Source of the DNA: Ignavibacteriales bacterium | Lineage (GTDB): Bacteria; Bacteroidota; Ignavibacteria; Ignavibacteriales; Melioribacteraceae | Assembly: GCA_016929735.1 (NCBI GenBank) | Contig: JAFGID010000185.1 | Span: 1 to 43,557, forward strand | Length of the DNA: 43,557 nt | Direction: 5' to 3' | Part shown: piece by piece, positions 37,140-43,557 of the stretch | Position numbering within the stretch: the first letter of the stretch is position 1 | Layout of the letters: each line of letters starts with the position of its first letter | Made by a program: the position numbers and the translations under genes | Notes under the pieces: model-generated | The model's input: the letters and a program-made list of their open reading frames with translations, nothing else | Told to the model about the DNA's origin: nothing | Databases searched by the model: none

Positions 37140-37230
37140 AATAATTTAAATTGTTTTTTTGATGGCTTATAAATTTTTCATAATTTTGAACACAAAAAAT
37201 TATTTATTAACCAAAAAAAGGAGAACTAAA

Positions 37231-37623
37231 ATGAATTCTTATCTTAAAATGTTGCTCATTGCAATTTTAGCAATGTTATTAGTTGTTGCCTGTGGAGACA
37301 AGAAAGACGCACCCGATATGGATGATGACAAACCAAATGTTGAAAGAGAGGATAAAGATTTGCCAACTAAATTTTCTGGTAGTGGTGAGCTTAAAGAATT
37401 ATTGGAGGAGTATGAGGAAATTATGGACGAATATGTGGAAGTAATGAAATCTAAGGATTATGAAAAAGCATCCGAGTTTGCAGTCAAAGCAAGTGAATGG
37501 GCTCAAAAATGGGAAGTAGCGACTAAAGATATGAATATGACTGAAATCCAAGAATTTTGGGAAGAATTTCAACGATTGAGTGAAAAATATACAGATATTT
37601 TTGCGGAATTTGAGAATCAATAA
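37231..37623 (+). CDS. Acidic helical lipoprotein, paralog 1
   Basis: aaggag SD and lipobox LVVAC, then an acidic linker DKKDAPDMDDDKPNVEREDK and a helical E/K/W-rich domain. 130 aa. The ORF-track start at 37159 is probably too early. Confidence 0.65.
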   Translation: MNSYLKMLLIAILAMLLVVACGDKKDAPDMDDDKPNVEREDKDLPTKFSGSGELKELLEEYEEIMDEYVEVMKSKDYEKASEFAVKASEWAQKWEVATKDMNMTEIQEFWEEFQRLSEKYTDIFAEFENQ

Positions 37624-37657
37624 CTAAATTGATCTATTTTATTTTTAAGGAGCTAAA

Positions 37658-38050
37658 ATGAAAAATTATTTGAAAATGTTGTTTGTTCTTATTCTTGCTA
37701 TTTTTTTAGTAGTTGCTTGCGGCGATAAGAAAGACGCACCCGATATGGATGATGACAAACCAAATGTTGAAAGAGAGGATAAAGGTTTACCAACTAAATT
37801 TTCTGGTAGTGGTGATTTTAAAGAAATGTTAGAAGAATATGAAGAAATTATGGATAAATATGTTGAAGTACTTAAGTCAAAGGATTATATGAAGGCAGCT
37901 GACCTTGCTGAAAAAACAATGAAATGGGCTGAGAAATGGGAAGAGGCAACAAAAGATCTTGATTGGGAAGAAAACCAAGAACTTTGGAAAGAATTTGAAA
38001 GATTAAGTGAAAAGTATAATAAAGCACTTAGTGAATTTGATTACCAATAA
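37658..38050 (+). CDS. Acidic helical lipoprotein, paralog 2
   Basis: aaggag SD. Same length (130 aa) and architecture as paralog 1. An 89-nt block is nearly identical between the two genes. Confidence 0.65.
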   Translation: MKNYLKMLFVLILAIFLVVACGDKKDAPDMDDDKPNVEREDKGLPTKFSGSGDFKEMLEEYEEIMDKYVEVLKSKDYMKAADLAEKTMKWAEKWEEATKDLDWEENQELWKEFERLSEKYNKALSEFDYQ

Positions 38051-38062
38051 TTAAATTTCAGT

Positions 38063-38090
38063 AAACCACCGTTAAAAGCGGTGGTTTTTT
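38063..38090 (+). terminator. Rho-independent terminator
   Basis: aaaccaccg / cggtggttt stem, 6-nt loop ttaaaa plus one unpaired g, then T6. Confidence 0.85.
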
Positions 38091-38135
38091 ATATCAAAAA
38101 ATAAAGCGGTGGTTTTTTTATATCAAAAAATAAAG
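38075..38135. repeat. Tandem duplication of a 28/29-nt unit AAAGCGGTGGTTTTTT(T)ATATCAAAAAAT
   Basis: Copy 1 is 38075-38102 and copy 2 is 38103-38131, followed by a partial AAAG. Copy 2 contains the last six codons and the stop of the minus-strand gene ending at 38118. Confidence 0.85.
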
Positions 38136-38495
38136 AATTGAGAAGAATATCGAAAAGAGAAATATCCAAACACCGCATAATTTGATTGTTTCTAAGAATT
38201 TTGTTTTAAATAAATATTTTGCAGCAGGCAAGGTTAATAAAAAACTTAAGATAAGATTTATAAATATAGCTCCTAAAATACCTGATTCGGGAAAATACCT
38301 TGATTCGTTATATTCCCAAAGAATTATTATTACAACAAACACAATCGCGCAAACTAAAACTGCATAGAAATAATTTATTTTCTTTTCTTTTAAAAAGAAT
38401 TTACCGGATAGAATAATTATTAATCCTCCAAGTAATGAACTTAAGAAAATAATTATTCCAAGCAATACGAGACTAACTAAAAGAAATTCACTCAT
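38118..38495 (-). CDS. Small hypothetical membrane protein
   Basis: 125 aa with four hydrophobic helices. I recognised no motif. Confidence 0.5.
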   Translation of the reverse strand: MSEFLLVSLVLLGIIIFLSSLLGGLIIILSGKFFLKEKKINYFYAVLVCAIVFVVIIILWEYNESRYFPESGILGAIFINLILSFLLTLPAAKYLFKTKFLETIKLCGVWIFLFSIFFSILYFLI

Positions 38496-38610
38496 AAAAA
38501 TTTTGAAAAATTATAACGTGTGCAAGATATTTAATTATTATCTTTTTTCAAAATTATAAATATTTGTAAATTTAAATTGTAATTAATAATTTTTAATAAT
38601 CGGAGTGAGA

Positions 38611-39930
38611 ATGAAATTAAGAAATTCATTGCTCTGTTCATTGTTCCTATTTATTTCCCTTTTATATGGACAAATGCGAGAGATAGAATTTGAAGAGTTT
38701 ACTCTCGACAATGGTTTGCACGTAATTCTTCATCAGGACAATTCTGTCCCTCTTGTGGCAGTTAATGTTTTATATCATGTTGGTTCAAAAAATGAAAAGC
38801 CCGATAGAACCGGTTTTGCACATTTTTTTGAACATCTTATGTTCGAAGGTTCGGAAAATATTGCTCGTGGCGATTATGCGAAAATCTGTGAAGCTGCAGG
38901 TGGAGCTAATAATGCCGGAACATCCTTTGACCAAACGGTATATTACGAATTGCTGCCTTCAAATCAACTTGAGTTGGGTCTATGGCTTGAATCAGAAAGA
39001 ATGTTACATTTGAAAATTGATGATGTTGGTGTTGAAACACAAAGAAGTGTTGTTAAGGAAGAAAGAAAGCAAAGATATGATAATCAACCGTATGGTTCTT
39101 TGCTAGAGGAAGTTTTTAGTCATGCTTTTAAAGTCCATCCTTATCGTTGGGTACCTATTGGTTCAATTCAATATATAGATGAAGCCAAGCTTGAAGAGTT
39201 TATGGAGTTTTATAAAACCTTTTATGTTCCTAATAACGCTACTTTATCTATAGCTGGTGATATTGATATTGATAAAACAAAAGAATTAGTCGAACTATAT
39301 TTTGGTGATATTCCAAAAGGAAAGAAGAACATTTATAGACCGACAGAAGTTGAACCAGAACAAACAGTAGAAGTACGCGATACCGTTTATGATAATATTC
39401 AACTACCAGCAGTAATACTTGCTTATCACATGCCCAAACAAGGTAGTGAGGATTATTATGCACTAGATATGCTAACAAAGATTTTATCTGGTGGAGAGAG
39501 TGCGAGGTTATATAAAGAATTAGTTGATAAACAACAGCTTGCTCTGCAAGTGGTTTCAATTCCACTAGCATTAGAAGACCCCGGTCTATTTATAGTACTA
39601 GGTCTACCAAATATTGGGATTGACCTATTAAAATTTGAAGATGAAATTAATACCGAATTAGAAAAAGTAAAAACAAATCTAGTCGAAGAAAAAGAATTTC
39701 AAAAAATTAGGAATCAGATTGAGAGCCAATTTATAAGCGGTTATTCGTCAATGGCAGGTATTGCAAGCAGTCTTGCAAATTATCATGTTTTTTATGGCGA
39801 TGCAAATTTAATTAATACAGAGATAGAACGATATATGAAAGTTACTCGAGAGGATTTAAAACGCGTGGCTAATAAATATCTAGTTAAAAATAATCGTGTA
39901 GTTTTACACTATTTACCTAAATTACAATAA
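38611..39930 (+). CDS. M16 (pitrilysin/insulinase) family zinc peptidase, catalytic subunit
   Basis: Signal peptide, HFFEHLMFEGS (inverted HxxEH zinc motif) and a downstream VVKEERKQRYDNQPYG region. The start is set at the ATG 5 nt after GGAG. Confidence 0.88.
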   Translation: MKLRNSLLCSLFLFISLLYGQMREIEFEEFTLDNGLHVILHQDNSVPLVAVNVLYHVGSKNEKPDRTGFAHFFEHLMFEGSENIARGDYAKICEAAGGANNAGTSFDQTVYYELLPSNQLELGLWLESERMLHLKIDDVGVETQRSVVKEERKQRYDNQPYGSLLEEVFSHAFKVHPYRWVPIGSIQYIDEAKLEEFMEFYKTFYVPNNATLSIAGDIDIDKTKELVELYFGDIPKGKKNIYRPTEVEPEQTVEVRDTVYDNIQLPAVILAYHMPKQGSEDYYALDMLTKILSGGESARLYKELVDKQQLALQVVSIPLALEDPGLFIVLGLPNIGIDLLKFEDEINTELEKVKTNLVEEKEFQKIRNQIESQFISGYSSMAGIASSLANYHVFYGDANLINTEIERYMKVTREDLKRVANKYLVKNNRVVLHYLPKLQ

Positions 39931-39968
39931 TTTAATTGGTAACTTTATATATCAAGGAGAATAATAAA

Positions 39969-42026
39969 ATGAAGAATAAATGTTTTTTGATTTTCGTTTT
40001 TCTGTTCTTATCAATTTCGATTTTTGGACAAATTGATAGGACAAAACAACCTGCACCCGGTCCTGCACCAGAAATAAAAATTGGGGATTATGAATCATTT
40101 CAACTCGACAACGGGATGAAAGTGTTTATCATTGAAGATAATAAGCAACCTACCTTAGGGATTTATCTAATTCAGGATAGAGAACCAATTTTAGAGGGAG
40201 AGTATGCGGGTTATGTTAATATTGCCGGTCAATTGCTTAATAAAGGAACAACCACAAGAACTAAGCAACAACTCGATGAGGAAATTGATTTTATTGGCGG
40301 TTATCTTTACACTCATTCATCAGGTGCTTCAGTTTATGGTTTGGAAAAGCATAGTGAGAAGTTATTTGAATTACTTGCAGACGTTATCCTTAATCCAACT
40401 TTTCCGAAGGAAGAATTAGATAAGTTGAAAAAACAAAGTTTATCACAATTAGCAGTTCAGAAAAATCAACCCGGATATATTGTTCAAAATGTTAGAAAGG
40501 TGGTGATGTATGGGAAAGAACATCCTTATGGTGAGATTATCACTGAAGAAACATGTAATAATATAACAGTTGAAAAATGTAAGGAGTTTTACGAGAAATA
40601 TTTTGCTCCGAATATTTCATTAGTAGCAATTGTAGGTGATATCACTAAAGATAAAGCGAAAGAATTAATGCAAAAATATTTCAGTAGTTGGAAGCAAAAA
40701 GATGTTCCTGAACATGAATATAAAAAAGTAAAAGCACCACTAGTTCGAAAAGTGTGTCTTGTTGATAGACCAAATTCCGTTCAATCAACAATTCGTGTTT
40801 GCCAACCAGTCGAATTAATGGTTGGAAGCGAAGATGCAATTAAATCGAATGTAATGAATGAAATACTCGGTGGTGGATTATTTTCTGCTCGATTTATGCA
40901 AAACATTCGTGAGGATAAGGGATATACCTATGGTGCTTATTCAAGTTTAGCTCCGGATAAATTAATCGGGCATTTTACTGCTTCTTGCGAGACGAGCAAC
41001 GAAACAACCGACAGCGTCATTACTGAAATTTTGAATGAAATGAAAAGGATAAGAGAAGAGAAAGTAACTGAGCAAGAATTGACAATAATAAAAAATTATA
41101 TGAGCGGAAGTTTTGCTCGCTCTCTTGAACAATCTGAGACAATAGCAAATTTTGCTTTGAATATCGAAAGATATAACCTACCAAAAGATTATTATAAAAA
41201 CTATTTAAAGAACCTTGAATCAGTTTCCATTGACGATGTTCAGCAGATGGCAAATAAACATATCAATCCAAATAAAGTTTATGTGGTTGTGGTTGGCAAA
41301 GCAGAGGAAATCGCAGATAAGTTAAAGCAGTTTAGTGTTAGCGGAAAAATTGACTATTATGATATTTACGGCGAGAAAGTCGATTTTTCAGTTAAACCTG
41401 CACCGGAAGGAGTAACAATTGAAACGGTATTAAATAATTACATAAATGCTATGGGTGGAAAGGAAAAATTATTATCAGTTGAAGATGTTACGATTAAAAT
41501 GAGCGCTGAAGTTCAGGGGATGAAAATTACTGTTACCAACTATTCCAAAGTTGAGAATAAAGTTTTAATACTTGTTGACATTGGTGGTATGGGTACAATG
41601 AAAACTGTATTTGATGGGGTGTCAGGAAAGACAAGTGGAATGGGACAAGAAAAGGTTTTTTCAGGTGCTGAATTGGAATATTTAAATATTAAAAATAGAT
41701 TTGATATTCTATTTGAATATGAAAAATATGATGTAAAAAATGAATTGCTTGGTATAGAGAAGATTGATGGTATCGATGCTTATAAAGTTTTAACCACGTA
41801 TCCAGGAAACTTCAAGGAAACGGGATATTATAATTGTGAAACAGGTCTGAAAATTAAAGAAATTACTCTTGAAAGTGAAATTAAATATAATGATTACAAA
41901 GAAGTAAATGGGATACAATATCCCCATAAAATTTCTCAACAAATGGGTCCGACAGTTCTTGATTTACTTGTTGAGTCGATCGAAGTCAACAAAGGTTTGG
42001 ATGATTCATTATTCAAAGTTGAATAA
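39969..42026 (+). CDS. M16-family peptidase-like protein lacking the HxxEH motif, with a C-terminal extension of about 200 aa
   Basis: It has the M16 fold pattern, but the zinc-motif position reads YVNIAGQLLNKG. The extra C-terminal beta-rich domain could be LolA-like. The start is at the ATG after aaggag. Confidence 0.78.
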   Translation: MKNKCFLIFVFLFLSISIFGQIDRTKQPAPGPAPEIKIGDYESFQLDNGMKVFIIEDNKQPTLGIYLIQDREPILEGEYAGYVNIAGQLLNKGTTTRTKQQLDEEIDFIGGYLYTHSSGASVYGLEKHSEKLFELLADVILNPTFPKEELDKLKKQSLSQLAVQKNQPGYIVQNVRKVVMYGKEHPYGEIITEETCNNITVEKCKEFYEKYFAPNISLVAIVGDITKDKAKELMQKYFSSWKQKDVPEHEYKKVKAPLVRKVCLVDRPNSVQSTIRVCQPVELMVGSEDAIKSNVMNEILGGGLFSARFMQNIREDKGYTYGAYSSLAPDKLIGHFTASCETSNETTDSVITEILNEMKRIREEKVTEQELTIIKNYMSGSFARSLEQSETIANFALNIERYNLPKDYYKNYLKNLESVSIDDVQQMANKHINPNKVYVVVVGKAEEIADKLKQFSVSGKIDYYDIYGEKVDFSVKPAPEGVTIETVLNNYINAMGGKEKLLSVEDVTIKMSAEVQGMKITVTNYSKVENKVLILVDIGGMGTMKTVFDGVSGKTSGMGQEKVFSGAELEYLNIKNRFDILFEYEKYDVKNELLGIEKIDGIDAYKVLTTYPGNFKETGYYNCETGLKIKEITLESEIKYNDYKEVNGIQYPHKISQQMGPTVLDLLVESIEVNKGLDDSLFKVE

Positions 42027-42045
42027 ATTATTTTTTATTTAAATT

Positions 42046-42070
42046 GGCGTCCATATCGGACGCCTTTTTT
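42046..42070 (+). terminator. Rho-independent terminator
   Basis: ggcgtcc / ggacgcc stem, 5-nt loop, then T6. It lies inside the 5' extension of the next ORF in the track. Confidence 0.88.
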
Positions 42071-42085
42071 ATCAAATGTTTTTTA

Positions 42086-42601
42086 ATGAATATTGACAAT
42101 ATAAATAAAAATTGGTTAGCTTTTTACACAAAGTCAAATCACGAAAAGAAAGTTGCAGAGAAAATTTCTAATAAAAATATTGAAGTATATGTCCCGACAA
42201 TAATCTTACTTCGTCGTTGGAGCGATAGGATAAAAAAAATTAATGTTCCGTTATTCAGAAATTATGTTTTACTTAAGTGCTCAGAGAAAGAAAGATTATA
42301 TGCTATACAAACAGAGGGAGTAGTTAGATGTGTTACATTTCAAGGAAAACCAGCAATTATTCCAAATAAGCAAATTGAGAGTATTAAGAAGATTTTAGAA
42401 GTTGAAAGAGAAAAAATTGAAGTTCAAAACGGTTTCTTAAAGGGTGAAAAGGTAATTATTTCTTCAGGTCCATTTGTAGGTGTCGAGGGTGTAATTTATT
42501 TTAACGAGAAGAATGAAAATAAAATAGCAATTCTCGTGGAAGTATTAAATCGTTCAGTAGTTGTTACCTTACCACCCGAATCAGCTATAAAAGTATTATA
42601 A
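42086..42601 (+). CDS. UpxY/NusG-like transcription antiterminator
   Basis: The NGN-like N-terminus (WLAFYTKSNHEKKVAEKI..IEVYVPT...RRWSDRIKKINVPLFRNYVL) and KOW motif (GEKVIISSGPFVGVEGVIY) match this family. The start is set at the ATG downstream of the terminator. Confidence 0.78.
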   Translation: MNIDNINKNWLAFYTKSNHEKKVAEKISNKNIEVYVPTIILLRRWSDRIKKINVPLFRNYVLLKCSEKERLYAIQTEGVVRCVTFQGKPAIIPNKQIESIKKILEVEREKIEVQNGFLKGEKVIISSGPFVGVEGVIYFNEKNENKIAILVEVLNRSVVVTLPPESAIKVL

Positions 42602-42618
42602 AATATTTGAGTTATATT

Positions 42619-43557
42619 ATGCTATCAAATCAAAAATCAGTAAATCAACTTGATGCAGGAGAGAAAATTCAGCATTTTTTCCTTCTGAGTAAAATTGAAA
42701 TTAAAATTACAAAAACAAATAAAGAATATCTCGATTTGGAATTTCGAGATAAATCAGCCTCGATTGTTGGAAGAATGTGGGATAATATTGATGATATAAA
42801 ATTTGAAGTCGCACAAGGTAATATTGTTAAGGTTACGGGACAGGTTGAAAAATATCAAGATGTACTTCAAGTTAAAGTCGAAAAAATGAAAGTAGCTGAT
42901 GAAAATGATAATATCTCAATCGAAGATTTTTTACCTCGGAGCGAGCGTAACTTAGACGAAATGCTCGATGAATTTGATGGTTTGATAAATTCGATAAAAA
43001 ATCAATATTTAAAAAGACTGCTTAAATTGGTTTTTGCTGGGAAAAATTTGGATGAATTTATTAAAATGCCTGCTGGTAAAATGTGGCATCATTCATATAT
43101 ACACGGTGTTCTTGAACATAGTCTTGAAGTTGCAAAAATTTGTGAATTAGTTCATTCGTTTCATCCTGACATAAATCGTGATTTAATGCTGGCGGGTGCA
43201 TTGTTGCATGATTTCGGAAAAGTATTTGAACTGCAGTATAAACCAACTTTCGATTATACTGACCAAGGAAAATTGCTCGGACATATTGTACTTGCAACAA
43301 TAGAAATTGAAAAACGAATTTCACAAATTCCTAATTTCCCCGATGATCTAAAAAATCAAATTATACATCTTGTATTAAGTCATCAAGGAAAATTGGAACA
43401 CGCATCACCGATTGAACCAAAAATGGCGGAAGCGATTGCTCTCTATTATGCTGATGAATTAAGTGCGAAAACAAATGCATACAAAGGAGCAATTAAGGAA
43501 CAACAAAATTCTGGCAAAGGATGGACAAATTTTATAAAATTAGCAGACACGGATTTA
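42619..43557 (+). CDS. OB-fold + HD-domain 3'-5' exoribonuclease, YhaM-like (3' end outside window)
   Basis: Not in the ORF track because no stop is reached. Hand translation gives MLSNQKSVNQL...EFRDKSASIVGRMWDN (OB fold), then HHSYIHGVLEHSLEV...GALLHDFGK (HD domain). The frame stays open to the window edge. Confidence 0.8.
   Translation, partial: MLSNQKSVNQLDAGEKIQHFFLLSKIEIKITKTNKEYLDLEFRDKSASIVGRMWDNIDDIKFEVAQGNIVKVTGQVEKYQDVLQVKVEKMKVADENDNISIEDFLPRSERNLDEMLDEFDGLINSIKNQYLKRLLKLVFAGKNLDEFIKMPAGKMWHHSYIHGVLEHSLEVAKICELVHSFHPDINRDLMLAGALLHDFGKVFELQYKPTFDYTDQGKLLGHIVLATIEIEKRISQIPNFPDDLKNQIIHLVLSHQGKLEHASPIEPKMAEAIALYYADELSAKTNAYKGAIKEQQNSGKGWTNFIKLADTDL

Noticed and set aside
43061-43324. 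87-aa minus-strand ORF
   Set aside because: It lies antisense to the HD domain of the open-ended YhaM-like gene, which the ORF track missed because it has no stop in the window.
1-43557. CRISPR arrays, tRNA/rRNA/tmRNA genes, transposases, integrases and canonical defence operons
   Set aside because: There are no regularly spaced repeat-spacer arrays. No gap is large or GC-rich enough for a structured RNA gene. No ORF shows recombinase, transposase or known multi-gene defence-system motifs.

Overview
By eye this is an AT-rich (about one-third GC) bacterial chromosomal segment. The gene content fits the FCB group and looks Ignavibacteria-like: two proteins end in T9SS C-terminal sorting domains, there are several TonB-dependent and Omp85-type outer-membrane proteins, and a UpxY-type NusG paralog is present. 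Most genes are housekeeping or envelope genes. They include rpmH-rnpA-yidD-yidC, a patatin-Omp85 protein, mlaE, zupT, M16/M28/M48/S58 peptidases, an rRNA m5C methyltransferase, a GH13 amylase and a partial YhaM-like exoribonuclease. I saw no rRNA, tRNA, CRISPR array, transposase or integrase.

The best candidate for an undescribed system is a translationally coupled four-gene operon at 9948-13867. It encodes an eight-heme tetrathionate-reductase-family cytochrome with a C-terminal membrane anchor, a cytochrome b, and a YeeE/YedE sulfur transporter split into two genes. The second half is fused to a predicted periplasmic rhodanese domain that ends in ...VKGGCG, which resembles the SoxY GGCGG sulfur-carrier arm.

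Other observations worth a second look:
- A 26-nt composite motif (TAATGGTKAAT-N4-TAATGGTKAAT) occurs twice in inverted orientation and brackets about 2.6 kb.
- That bracketed segment contains a very AT-rich islet with a winged-helix plus nuclease-like gene. An A9 tract separates it from an upstream ORF, and losing one A would fuse the two.
- Two GC-rich arrays with 7-nt periodicity fill intergenic spacers upstream of transporter genes.
- Two tandem lipoprotein paralogs share a nearly identical 89-nt block.

All functional calls come from motif recognition by eye, with no database search.
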